Shown here: positions 22,140 to 33,460 of the stretch, one piece after another
Layout of the letters: every line of letters starts with the position of its first letter
Position numbering within the stretch: the first letter of the stretch is position 1
Source: Malacoraja senta
Lineage: Eukaryota
Assembly (NCBI GenBank): GCA_038087875.1
Contig: CM075990.1
Coordinates: 10,356,001-10,420,000, forward strand
DNA length: 64,000 nt
Reading direction: 5' to 3'
Translations under genes and position numbers: made by a program
Notes under the pieces: generated by a model
Seen by the model: the letters and a program-made list of their open reading frames with translations, nothing else
The model's database searches: none
Told to the model about the DNA's origin: nothing

Positions 22140-22910
22140 GGTTATGAGATGAGGTTGGATAGACTGGGTCTGTTTTCCTTGGAATAGAGAATGCTGAGGA
22201 GAGAACGTGATGGAGATGTATAAGATAATGAAGGGTATAGCTAGGACGGACAGTAGTAAACTTTTCCCCGTACTAGAAATGTCTATACCCAGAGATTTAA
22301 AGTAAGGAGTAAGATGGTTAAAGAAGATTTAAGGAAACATTTCCTTAAAAGAAGGACAAGGGCTGAAGGGCCTGTTCCTGTGTTGCTTTATTTTACATTC
22401 TATGTTCTAACCTTTACGTCCAGAAAGTGGTTGGAATCTGGAAAGCATTGCCTGAGAGAGTGGTGGAGTCAGCAACCTTTACAATGTTTAAGTAGCGCTA
22501 TGATGAATATTTGAATTACAAAGGCATTGAGGACTATAGACCAAGTGTTGGTAAGTACGATCAGTATAGATGGGTACTTGATGGTTGGCTTGACAGACTG
22601 GATTGACGGATCTCTTTCTGTGCTGTGTGTCTTTATGACTTCATGGAATGCATTTCAATAGGAATCTGAGGGGTGATTTTTACATACAAAGGGTGGTGGG
22701 GTATGGAACGAGCTGCTAGAGGAGGGTTGTTGAGGCAGGGATTATCCCAATGTTTAAGAAACAGTTAGACAGGTAGGACAGGTTTAGAGGGATATGGGCC
22801 AAACGCAAGCAGGTGGGGCTTGTGTAGCTGCGACATGTTGGCCGTTGTGGGCAAGTTGGTGCTGAATGGCCTGTTTCCACGCTGTATCACTCTATGACTC
22901 TATGACTCTA
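22140..22910 (+). mobile_element. Stack of three CR1 3' fragments
   Basis: Successive CR1 C-terminal/3' UTR pieces end in TTCTATGTTCTA (about 22409), TTTATGACT (about 22640) and (CTCTATGA)n (about 22910). Confidence 0.75.
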
Positions 22911-23714
22911 TGCATGGAATATGTGGAGGTATCTCCCTGTGGTTAAAAATAGTTGCTTTTAAAATTCTTCTTTCATGTGATACTTTTCATTCCAGAGCCT
23001 CTTCATTTGCAGATTTTTCACCAAGTATTCAATCACAGGATCTTGCCACAAGGTCAGTGTTAACCTCCATCCTGCAGCAGATGCATCTGTCTTTGCGAGT
23101 AATGCCCAGAGCGTAACATGTTAATTCTGGAGCAACTCACTGTTCAACCAAAATACAGAATTGTGTTTCTGTCTAGATCCACTATAACTTAATAGAAACT
23201 TTAATGTATCAAAATATTCTAATTTTAAATATTCAAAATACTCTATTTCTGCTTCACAGGAACATTAAGAAATGTAATTTAATATAATCATGTCAGGAGA
23301 TATTATAAAATGTTATGGTGCAGGAGAGATTTGGGGAAGAAACTGTACAATTTGGTTACGCAAACTGTGTGCTTCTTCTGTCCGGATTTCTTTGATACTC
23401 GTTCTCAGTTACAGCTAATAGTCTCCAACTGAAACCATAATCTCTTCCTTCTTGCTAACATCAATTTCTTAATTCTCCACTCAAAATTAAACTACTAGTT
23501 CAGCAGTATAACACAAGTGGTCGTGACTGCAGTGTTTGGACTAAGGATTATGAAAGTACAATTTTGTGACTACATTGCCTATCTTAAATTGTTTATTAAT
23601 GCCTCTGAGGAAGTCACTCATTTATTGAGCAATAAATCAGGGCATGTCGATTTTGAACACTTCTCAGTATGCCATATCTTTATACCACTTTTAAAAACAC
23701 GTTTTTTCATATAA

Positions 23715-24108
23715 GATAGACACCAAATGGTGGAGTAATTCAGCGGGACAGGCAGTATCTATGGATAGAAGGAATGAGTGACATTTTGGGTCGAGACCCC
23801 ATATTCAGACCCTTCCTCAGTCTTCGGGCCTCAGACCCTTCGAGACCCTTCTTCTTACTTTGAAGAAGTTCTCCTCTCTCCAACGAGAGTTCTGCAAATC
23901 TGAAGAAGAGTTTCGACCCAAAACCACACCCATTTCTTCTATCCAGAGATGCTGCCGGTCCCGCTGAGTTACTTCAGCGTTTTGTGTCTAAACCAGCATC
24001 GGCAGCTGCTGAAGACTGAAGGAGGGTACTGACCCGAAACGTCTCCTATCCATGTTTTCCAACAATGCTGCCTGACCCACTGAGTTACTCCAGTACTTTG
24101 TATCCTTT
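23715..24108. mobile_element. Penelope-derived elements: inverted dimer plus a tandem copy
   Basis: Minus arm 23715-23810 and plus arms 23900-24005 and 24013-24108, carrying CTGAAG..GACCC(G/A)AAAC motifs. Confidence 0.8.
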
Positions 24109-25065
24109 AATCAAAAATCTGGTGTTCATATGCGTATTCTTGATTCCCTATTCTTAGTAGTTCATGTCGATTTATAATGTGGTCGCAGTTTGATTAAGAT
24201 GCTTATTATCTTTCCATTTACTTTCTAGTGAAATTTATAGTGTTCCCGCAGTATAGAACTTCTTCCTTTCCAAAGTTGAAAATGAGCAAATTCCCTAAAA
24301 CCTCTTTCTCTCAGAATCTCATTAGACCTTGTTCTGTTTCATTATTTCCTTGGATGCCTTCGAAGGCTGCATGTGACTCTGTGACAGGCTGTCTGTTTGA
24401 TCTTTTGATGTAGATCACAAGGCAGAATACGCTCTGATTTGGTGCCAGGCAGATCCAATGTCATGATCCACATGTTATGGAAAGTGGCCCAAACTGAAAA
24501 GATGATGGAAATCAAAACAGAAAAAGCTGTAAAGTTCAGAGCAAGTCAGGTTATGTGTATTGTCTGATTGAGTCAGCAAGGTTTTCTGCAGACTTTGTCC
24601 TTTTTGGAGGATTGCCAAGGGGCACATGAGTGCAGATTTTTTTCTTCCACATTATACTGTTGAGCATCTCCCAGTGGAACTGGTAGTGTACATCGATAAG
24701 ATGAATACAATGCTAACTATTTCATATTACGCACCGTGATCCATGTTTGTTATAAGATGATGACTTTAAGATGGAGCTTATAGTCTATGAAATATCTGAT
24801 GTCTTTGTTCAAGCCTGAAAGCTATAGTGACATCACACAAAATTTAAGTGTGCCAGATGGGTTATACCAGTGATTAAGGATAAATGGGGAACACATGAGA
24901 TCCCCCTTTACCACAAGGGACTCTCGTATTCTCCATTAGCTTCAGTTACTGCTGCAACTCTTAAGCATTAAATCAAAGGATGACACACTCTTCCAGTCTG
25001 CGAGGTTCAGTTCTGACCTCTGTTTCTATGTGGAGTTTCTTCCAGGTGCTCCTGTTAACTCGTCC

Positions 25066-25575
25066 TTAGTTTAGTTTACAATTGTCACGTGAACCGAGGT
25101 ACAGTGAAAAGCTTTTAGTTGCTTGCTATGCAGTCAGTGAGAAGACTATACATGATTACGATCAAACGATCCACAGTGTATAGATACTGTGTAGGATAAA
25201 GGGAAACATGTGTAGGGCAAGATAAAGTCCAGTAGAGTCCGTTAAAGATTGTCCAATAGTCTCAAATAAGATAGAAAGAAGGAACTGCAAATGGTGGTTT
25301 AATCCGTAGATGGACACAAAAAGCTGGAGTAACTCTACGGGTCAGACAGCATCTCTGGAGAAAAGGAATAGGTGCCATTTCGGGTAGAGACCCTTCTTCA
25401 GATGGTAGATGGTAGGTTTGGACGACTCTAGTTAATGATACGATGGCTCAGTTGCCTGATAACAGCTGGGAAGAAACTGTCCCTAAATCTGGAAGTATGC
25501 ATTTTCACACTTATGTACCTCTTGCCTGATGGGAGAGGGGAAAAGAGGGAGTGACTGGGATAAGACTCATCCTTG
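25066..25575 (-). mobile_element. Rex1/Babar-clade 3' fragment containing a Penelope-derived insert (about 25277-25400)
   Basis: (TTAGT)n tail, TTGTCACGTG..CGAGGTACAGTGAAAAGC and GTACCTCTTGCCTGATGGGAG, the reverse complement of the 16385-16815 family. Confidence 0.8.
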
Positions 25576-26402
25576 TTCATCTGTTGGATGACTGGTCAGT
25601 GTAAATTGTCCCTAGTAGGTGCTTGATAGGATCTGAGGGAAGTTGATGGGAATGAGAGAAGAGTAAAGTGAAATTAATATGCTTGATGGTCAGAACGGAC
25701 TCAGTGGACCAAATGGACAAATGCTCTACAACTCCAAATCTTCTGGTTTTGTTGGCACCAATTACTTCAATGAAGTAGATCTGGCATTTACTGTGATATT
25801 CCTGTGGTTGCATTACAGTTGTGGTCCTGCATGCCATCACCACAGGGTTCATTGTGTTCCGGCTTAAAATAGGTTTGGACGGGGACCTTAGACATGGTCT
25901 TGGTGACCTTTTGACAGCTTGCAGATATTAAATGAGCAGGGCCATGTAAAAACATGTTCAAAATGATTTAACTAGTGTAATTTAAAAAAAATGAAAATAC
26001 TAAAGAATAATGCATTTATTTTTAAATCAACTTTGAGTGCCAGAGACCGAAAACAGAAGATTAAAGGAAAATGTATTTGTTTGCAATGAGGTTCACTGAC
26101 CCATTTGAAGGAACGGGAGGGATGGTGTTGCACAAGCCAGTGCTCCCTAGCCTACAACTGGGGGGCCCTCAGCTCAGACATTGGTGCTTGGTGATGGGAC
26201 TTGGTGTTGAGCATTGACACAGAGCAGAAGGTCAGATGCTCTGGCATTTTACCTGCATTAGTGCGGAAGTCAGGAAGGAGCAGACATCCCCAATTATGCA
26301 GCAAGGAAACAGGCCGTTCAGCTCAACTTGTCCATGCCGACTACGTTACCTCCCTGGGCTGGTTCCATTTCCCTGTCTTTGGCCCATTCTCCTCTCAACC
26401 TC

Positions 26403-27329
26403 AGGGCATCTGAAATGTCCTCATTCTTCAGGGAACGGGGGTTCCCCTCCTCCACCATAGATGAGGCTCGCACCAGCTCTCTCTCCCCATCCCCCCACTC
26501 ACAGCAAAGGCAGAGTCCCCCTAGTCCTCACCTTTCACCCCACCAGCCGTCACATACAACAAGTGATCCTCCGTCAGTTTCGCCACCTCCAACGTGACCC
26601 CACCACTCGCCACATCTTCCCATCTCCCCCCATGTCTGCCTTCCGCAAAGACCGCTCCCTCCGTAACTCCCTTGTCAATTCTTCCCTTCCCTCCCATACC
26701 ACCCCCTCCCCTGGTACTTTCCCTTGCAACCGCAAGAGATGCAACACTTGTCCCTTCACATCCCCCCTCCACTCCATTCAAGGACCCAAGCAGTCGTTCC
26801 AGGTGCGACAGAGGTTCACCTGCATCTCCTCCAACCTCATCTATTGCATTCGCTGCTCTAGATGCCAGCTGATCTACATCGGTGAGACCAAGCGGAGGCT
26901 TGGCGATCGTTTCGCCGAACACCTCCGGTCGGTCCGCAATAACCACCCTGAACTCCCGGTGGCTCAGCATTTCAACTCCCCCTCCCATTCCGTATCTGAC
27001 CTCTCTGTCCTGGGTCTCCTCCATGGCCACAGCGAGCAACACCGTAAATTGGAGGAAATGCACCTTGGGCAGTCTACATCCTGGTGGCCTGAACATTGAA
27101 TTCTACCAATTCTGCTAGCCCTTGCTGTCCCCTCCCCTTCATCAGCCATCTGGTTGTCTCCTCCCCTCCCCCAGCCCTCGGGCTCCTCCTCCGCCTTTTT
27201 CCTTTTTTCCTTTCTTCTCCCCACCCCCTATCAGTCTGAAGAAGGGTTTCGGCCCGAAACGTTGCCTATTTCCTTCGCTCCATAGATGCTGCTGCACCCG
27301 CTGAGTTTCTCCAGCATTTTTGTGTACCT
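26403..27329 (+). mobile_element. 5'-truncated Penelope-like element: GIY-YIG endonuclease region and pseudo-LTR
   Basis: ORF 26461..27099 reads RVPLVLTFHP...CNRKRCNTC...FTCISSNLIYCIRCSRCQLIYIGETKRRLGDRFAEH...VAQHF. Flanked by TCCTCTCAACCTC (26390-26402, 27330-27342). Confidence 0.93.
27232..27266 (+). ncRNA. Minimal hammerhead-ribozyme-like motif in the Penelope pLTR
   Basis: CTGAAGA-A-GGGT(TTCG)GCCC-GAAA-CGTT: core boxes CUGANGA and GAAA, stem II hairpin and palindromic ACGT stem III. Confidence 0.6.
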
Positions 27330-27373
27330 TCCTCTCAACCTCTTCTGTTCACGTACTTGTCCAAATGTATTTT

Positions 27374-27886
27374 TTTTATTTTATTTTTTAAATTATTTTT
27401 ATTAGAAGCAATTGTACAAAGATAAAACATTCGGCATCTAAGATTATACAATTATTGTACAGCTTCATTTTTAACCTTATAACCTGAAAATGAAAGAAGA
27501 AAAGAAAAGGAGAACAAGAGAGAGAAAAAGTGAGAAGTGAAAAGATAGCTCGAGAAAGCACAAAGAAAAGATTCCTAAACTACCAAAGTAGTGTGGCCGA
27601 AAAAAGAAAGATAAAAGAAAAAAAAGAAAAAGAAAAGTGGAGATATACCTGCCCCTCATCCCCCCCCCCCCCCGTCCCCCCCCCCCCCCCGCCCACCCTC
27701 ACCCAACCCAGGATCGGATTTAAATTTAGATTTGTGTTGCACCATACTATTCCTTGTAAGAATTCGGTGAAGGGTGTCCATGTCTTGAGAAATTGATCTG
27801 TTTTTTCTGCCAAGACAAGCCTAATATTTTCCAATGTAGTGTCTCAGACATGTTTGTAATCCACATCTTCACTGTAGGGTCTGTTG
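27374..27886 (-). mobile_element. 5'-truncated L1-clade LINE 3' end with poly(A) tail
   Basis: ORF 27580..27834(-) begins MENIRLVLAEKTDQFLKTWTPFTEFL, resembling the L1 ORF2 C-terminus. T-rich tail on +. 16-bp duplication TGTCCAAATGTATTTT (27358-27373, 27887-27902). Confidence 0.85.
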
Positions 27887-28004
27887 TGTCCAAATGTATT
27901 TTAAAACTTAATTGTACACTACCACTTCCTCTGACAGCTCATTCCAAATGCCCACCACCCTTGTTTGAAAGAGTTACCCCTCAAATCCCCTACAAATCTT
28001 TGAA

Positions 28005-28146
28005 TGTAGAAACAAAGAACTGCGGATGCTGATTAATACACATAACCTTCAGACCTTTGAAGAAGGGACTCGACCCAAAACTTCACCTATCCATGTTCTC
28101 CAGAGATACAACATGACCTGCTGAATTACTCCAGCACTTTGTGTCC
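28005..28146. mobile_element. Penelope-derived short element (partial inverted dimer)
   Basis: GTAGAAACAAAGAACTGCGGATGCTG...TGAAGAAGGGACTCGACCCAAAAC..GCTGAATTACTCCAGCACTTTGTGTC. Confidence 0.7.
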
Positions 28147-28757
28147 CTCAGATCTCTCCCTCTCTCACCTTAAATCTATGTCCTCTTGTGTTGGGCTCCC
28201 CTATCACGAGAAAAAAGACCGTGACCATTAATCTTATCTATGCCCTTCAGGATTTTAGATACCTCTGTAAGGTCACTCCTTAGCCTCCACCAGTGGAAGA
28301 ACCCCCAGCTTATCCAACCACTGCTATTAACTCAAGCCCTCTAATCCTTCTCAGTCAAAAGTATTTTACTGTTGTACTTTGGAATGTCAGCCTGGAAATT
28401 GGATTTTAACCTTATTTGGTAAGTGACTTTCACTGCATGTTGCACTAAACCACATCTCCTACCCAGCTTGCTGCAGGGTTAGCTGTTTGTCTTATTGGGA
28501 GTTAAATCAAAGGTTGGAAGCTGCATATTATTGCTCCAAGTTCTGTCCAGAGATGAATGTCACGCAAGTTGATAATGTCATCACATGCATAAAAGACATC
28601 GGAAAATGATTATCTGCGCTGAGGTGATTAGTGTCCATTTGCCCAGTCTGGCTACAGATATCAGCTCAGTATCACCCACCTACCCCAGTAGCAGCCCGTA
28701 ACCCCACCATCAGTTCCCTCCTGCCCTGAAGTGAAAATACTCAGAATCTGGATTCAC

Positions 28758-29056
28758 TAGATTAGTTTAGAGATACAGCGTGGAAACAGGCCCTTTGGCC
28801 CATCGAGTCCACACTGACAAGCAATCACCCATGCACTAGTTGTATCTTACACACTATGGACAATTTACAGAAGCCAATTAACCTACAAACCTGCACGTCT
28901 TTGGAATGTGGGAGGAAACCGGAGCACCTGAAGAAAACCCTCATGGTCCAGGGAGAATGTACACACTTCATACAGACAGCACCTGTAGTCAGAATCGAAC
29001 CTTGGTCTCTGGCCGCTGTAAGACAGCAACTCTGCCGCTGCGCCACTGTGCCGCCC
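28758..29056 (-). mobile_element. HE1/V-SINE-like SINE, full length
   Basis: (TTAG) tail, TGTGGGAGGAAACCGGAGCACC V-domain, GAATCGAACC B box and CTGCGCCACTGTGCCGCCC head. Confidence 0.9.
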
Positions 29057-29069
29057 CTATCACTTAAGG

Positions 29070-29424
29070 CAGGGGTCGGCAACCTACGGCCCACGGCCGC
29101 ATCCGGCCTGTAACCAAAATCATCCGGCCCACAGGCGTTTTTTTTTTTCAATTTGTTTTCGCGACCTGGGAACTGCAGCCAGTCCCGGGGCACGTAGGCG
29201 ACCTGGGTGCAACAGCCAGTCCCGGGGCAGGCGAGCCAACCTGGAACTGTAGCCAGTCCCGGGGCACGTGAGGGATCTGGGAACTGCAGAAAACTCATTG
29301 AAAACACGTGAAAACTAATGCGTAAAACAACACCAAGTGTCACACTATGGCGATAGATGTGGCCCGCCATCCGCTCACACACATGGGTCCTGGCCCCTAT
29401 GCAGAAGAAGGTTGCCAACCCCTG
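29070..29424. mobile_element. hAT (Charlie-like) MITE, complete
   Basis: TIRs CAGGGGTCGGCAACCT / AGGTTGCCAACCCCTG. Perfect 8-bp duplication ACTTAAGG (29062-29069, 29425-29432). Confidence 0.92.
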
Positions 29425-29714
29425 ACTTAAGGGAAAGTGATTGGAAGGACAGAGACTGAGAGAAGGTCAGTGGGTGAGGAGGAAGGGGGTAGTGTGCAAT
29501 TGAGAGGCAAGCTATCTAGTGACTGGTGGTAGCCTTAAGTTTCAATGAATATATTCACATCATGGAATGATAGAGTGATACAGATCATTCGGCCCACTGC
29601 GCCCATGCTGGCTCTATGAAAAATCGATCAAATCGATCCTACTCCACTGATCTCCCTGTTCTTCAAATATTTGTCCATCCCTTTTGATTTTTTCTTTGTT
29701 TCCATGGTTGTCTG

Positions 29715-30460
29715 CTTACACCAGTAGTGCACAGTAGGGCTCTAGTGAACCAGGTTCAACCCTGATCTTGGTTGTTATCTGTATGGAATTTGCAGATTCC
29801 CCCCCATGTTTCCTTTGGGTGCTCGAGTTTCCTCTCCCCTTGTGTGGATCGTAGTTTGATTAGCCGCACTAAATTGAACTGTAAACTGAATCATCCTACC
29901 ACAACCAGAGAGCAGTGCTGAACTACTATTTACTTCTTTTGTGACCCTCGGACTTCCGTCATCGACTTTGCCGGCTTTACCCTGCACTAAACGTTATTCC
30001 CTTATCATGTATACACTGATAATGGAATCGATTGTAATTATGTATTTTCTTTCTGCTTCTTCTTCTTTTCGTGTCCATCTTGTTACAAACGTTGGCCTCG
30101 CTGTCATCGTCCGTCCTGAAAAGGACGCAAGCTTCCGGCGCCAATCAGTGGAAGCCATCACTTGTCGCAACAGATGATGGTGGTAGCAGAATTAGCTCAG
30201 GATACTTCTAGTTTCCAGCCCCGCGATGTGGACGTCTTTCTGCTGACTGGTTAGCACGCAACAAAAGCTTTTCTCTTTATCTCGGTACATGTGACAATAA
30301 ACGAAACTAAACTGAAATTGTCGCGAGTGCTCAGGTGAGTGGTAGAACTGGTGGGTAGTTGATAGATGTGTGGGGAGAATAAAGTGGTATTTATGTCAAT
30401 GGGTGCTTCATGGTCAACATGACCACTTTGGGTCAAAGGGCCTGTATATGTTTCTCTCAT
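29715..30460 (+). mobile_element. Decayed SINE interrupted by a Rex1-type tail (about 29925-30313)
   Basis: SINE head GGTTCAACCCTGATC..GGAATTTGCA at 29750-29880 resumes AAATTGTC..GGGCCTGT at 30314-30460. The insert matches the Rex1 tail of 16620-16815. Confidence 0.65.
30058..30234 (-). mobile_element. Short retroposon 3' end with a (GAA)n tail (RTE-like)
   Basis: Begins TCTTCTTCTTTTCGTGTCCATC on +. 10-bp duplication TCTTTCTGCT (30048-30057, 30235-30244). Confidence 0.65.
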
Positions 30461-31261
30461 TTATATTTGGGTCTTGCCATAGTGGACAATTGGTCTGCTG
30501 TTTAAAGCTGAAGGGATAAACAAATAGGCACAGCAGTATTGAATTGCTAAGTAAATTTTTTTTGTACTTCCCTCATCTTGCTGAGTTCATCACTTGGGTT
30601 TTTTGATCAAGGATACCAATCCAAGATTAAGAACAATGCTGTTCTTCACTCACATCACTAATAATCATGAAGAGAGTAGTCGAACGATTACATCATCCAA
30701 GAAGGTTCCTTTTTGATCAGGAGAATGGTCCATGTGAATTTGGTTCCAGAACCACCTGACATAAAACATTTGTAAAGTAGGAGATGTAAATGGTAATTCC
30801 CCTCTTTCTTTTTAAGTTAGAATTTAGTCCATGTGGATTCAATACGTTCACAAGAGTCGCCATTCATGTGTAAAGGCTTTCATCATGCTTGAAGCTGTAT
30901 GACTTCAAACACCAGAGGACTGGAAACTAACTTGCACTGAATGGAATCTAAAAGAAAACAATTGAGGCTGTTGACAGTTGTGCATTTACTCGAATGCTGA
31001 CATTCCAGAGTGCCAAAGCCGATCCCCATCATCTTCAATGCACACCATAAGAGTGGTTAGAAACTGGCCGGTTTTTGGCCAGAGGCCATTAGCAGTCTAT
31101 TTGGCTGATCCTCTTTAACATGATTCAAAACAACGAAACGTGGTCTTTCATCTATGTTTCCTATTGTTGATCCTTCTTATAATGCCGGTTAGCCAATTCT
31201 AAAGTGCTCGGTTCCATCTTTTAATCAAAATATTTCACATTGTAAGCATCAACACCAATTA

Positions 31262-31562
31262 GGGCTGTACGGTGGCACAGTGGTAGAGATGCTGCCTTAC
31301 AGCACCATAGACCAGGGTTTGATCCTGACTATGGGTGCTTGTCTGTACGGAGTATGCACATTCTCCCCGTGACCTGCGTGGGTTTTCTCCGGTTTCCTCC
31401 TATACTCCAAAGACGTACAAGTTTGAAGGTTAATTAGCTTGGTAAGTTGTCCTTAGTGTAGGTTAGTGTAAGTGTGCGGGGATCGCTGGTCGGCACAACC
31501 TCGGTGAGCCGAAGGGCCTGTCTCCCCACACTGTATTTCTAAACTAAACTAACTTTAAACTA
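31262..31562 (+). mobile_element. HE1/V-SINE-like SINE
   Basis: GGCTGTACGGTGGCACAGTGGTAGAG head, GCGTGGGTTTTCTCCGGTTTCCTCC core and (CTAAA)n tail. Confidence 0.9.
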
Positions 31563-32087
31563 AATTAACCATGGGAGCTAACTAAACAAATATCTTTAAT
31601 CAATTTGGACATCTTAAAATCCAAATAACCTGAAACATTTGCGAAATAATTTTCCAGATTGGATCAAACTTCAGATGTTCTAAATTTTAGGATAATTTTA
31701 GATGTCACAGGCTATACTGAAAAACTACAGGAGGTGCATACAATAGAGAAATACCTGGATGAGATCCCTTATAAATATGAGTGGTCTGATTTCAGACATA
31801 CTGTATTTTGACTGGCTTGGCTACAATGGGTGATGAGCAACAGATTGTCTATATATTTAATGCGACAAAGATCCCTGGACTCCTTGAATTTTAGCCCCTT
31901 GTACATTCCTGGTTTTCAAATGTCCACTATTCGGCTGCCGACATTGTAAACTGTGGCATCCACTCTTACTACATCTCTTCCTTGCCACTTCAATTTCCCC
32001 GTTAAAATCCCACTGCATTCACCAAGATTTTGGTGCTCTGCGTAATATTGATACTATCTCATTTTGAGTCTAATTATGTTTGATAAA

Positions 32088-32279
32088 AAAGTGCTGGAGT
32101 AATTCAGCGGGTATCTGTGGAGAACATGAATAGGTGACGTTTCAGGTTGGGGCCCTTTGTCAGGCTGAAGAAGGCCCACCTATTCACGTCCTCCAGTGAT
32201 GCTTCTTGACCCACTGAGTTACTCCAGCACTTTGTATTTCTTTTGTAAACCAGTATCTGCAGTTTCTTGTGTCTACGTC
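32088..32279. mobile_element. Inverted dimer of Penelope-derived short element
   Basis: Mirror arms. 14-bp duplication TTATGTTTGATAAA (32074-32087, 32280-32293). Confidence 0.85.
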
Positions 32280-32968
32280 TTATGTTTGATAAAGCTGTGG
32301 CAAAGTGGCCTGAGGTTTTTATTACAGTATACACCCAAAATAAATGCAAGTTGATAATGACTATGATGTATGGAATAGATTACAGTATGATCCACTCTTT
32401 CTGGCTGTATTGTCAATAAAGACACATCTATATTTCTAGGTAAAGGGAGAACATAGAATAGCAACTACTTTCGTAGCCTGCTGAGGGAGGAAATAACTGC
32501 TACATTGTTCACACATCTCCTCGACTTGAAATACACTACCTACTCTAATCAGGCATCCACGCCATTCCTGCTGATGGTTTTTTTTCTTGTGATTTATTGC
32601 AACAGGTTGCAAGGATTCCATGTGCAAAATCCCAGCTTACCATTTAGGAGTCTTTACTGGGAGTTCAGGAATGCCAGCTATCCTTCTATTCTCTTCAAGC
32701 TGGGAATCTGTAATAGATCTTTAAAAGTACAACTATTTTATCGGCAGATTTCACGTTTAGCTTTAAAACTCATTCTTGGTTTTCATTCAAATGTTCATCA
32801 ATTCACAAAAGCTGAATTATATTGAAAGAAGTGGATCTGAAATTTTACAGCGGAGTCAGAGAGATGAATGCAAGATCAGACAATGTAACACTAAGCTGTA
32901 GTAAGTGAGCTCAGATCCACTACAAGTTGAGAATTTGGTTAGAGTGTGAATTCTGTGCTATGTTTGAA

Positions 32969-33275
32969 GGCGGCACAGTTCTGCAGCTGGTAGAACTGAT
33001 GCCTCACAACGCCAGAGACCCGGGTTCAATCCCAACCTTGGATGCTATCTATGGAGCTTGCATGTTCTCCCTGTGACCATGTAAAGGATTCCTTTGGGTG
33101 CTCCAGTATCCTCCTACATTCCAAAGACGTGCAGGATAGTAGGTTGATTGGCCTCTGTAAATGGCCTCTAGCGTGTAAGGAGTGGATGCAAAAGTGAAAT
33201 TACAGAGAGCTATTGTGAACCAGTGTTCGATGGTTGGCATGGACTCAGTGGGATGAAGGATCTGTTTCGTCGCTG
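32969..33275 (+). mobile_element. HE1/V-SINE-like SINE
   Basis: GGCGGCACAGT..GCCTCACAACGCCAGAGACCCGGGTTCAATCCC head and core. Confidence 0.85.
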
Positions 33276-33311
33276 ATGCTTGCAATCAATCAAAGAGAGT
33301 AAGCCTCATGT

Positions 33312-33460
33312 GTAGGAAGGAACTGCAGATGCTGGTTTACACCGAAGATAGACACAACACGCTGGAGTAACTTAGCGGATCAGGCAGCATCTCTCTCATC
33401 TCTCATAGGCAATGCTGCCTGACCCATTGAGTTACTCCAGCATTTTGTGTCTATCTTCAT
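33312..33460. mobile_element. Inverted dimer of Penelope-derived short element
   Basis: Mirror arms. Perfect 14-bp duplication AGTAAGCCTCATGT (33298-33311, 33461-33474). Confidence 0.88.

Larger units (their letters stand above)
26290..28350 (-). mobile_element. Decayed CR1 3' region acting as host for three younger insertions
   Basis: CR1 reverse-strand pieces at about 26290-26402, 27330-27373, 27887-28000 and 28147-28350 join into one continuous CR1 3' end once the inserts are removed. Confidence 0.75.

Noticed and set aside
26521..27096. 191-aa minus-strand ORF
   Set aside because: It is the antisense shadow of the Penelope GIY-YIG frame.
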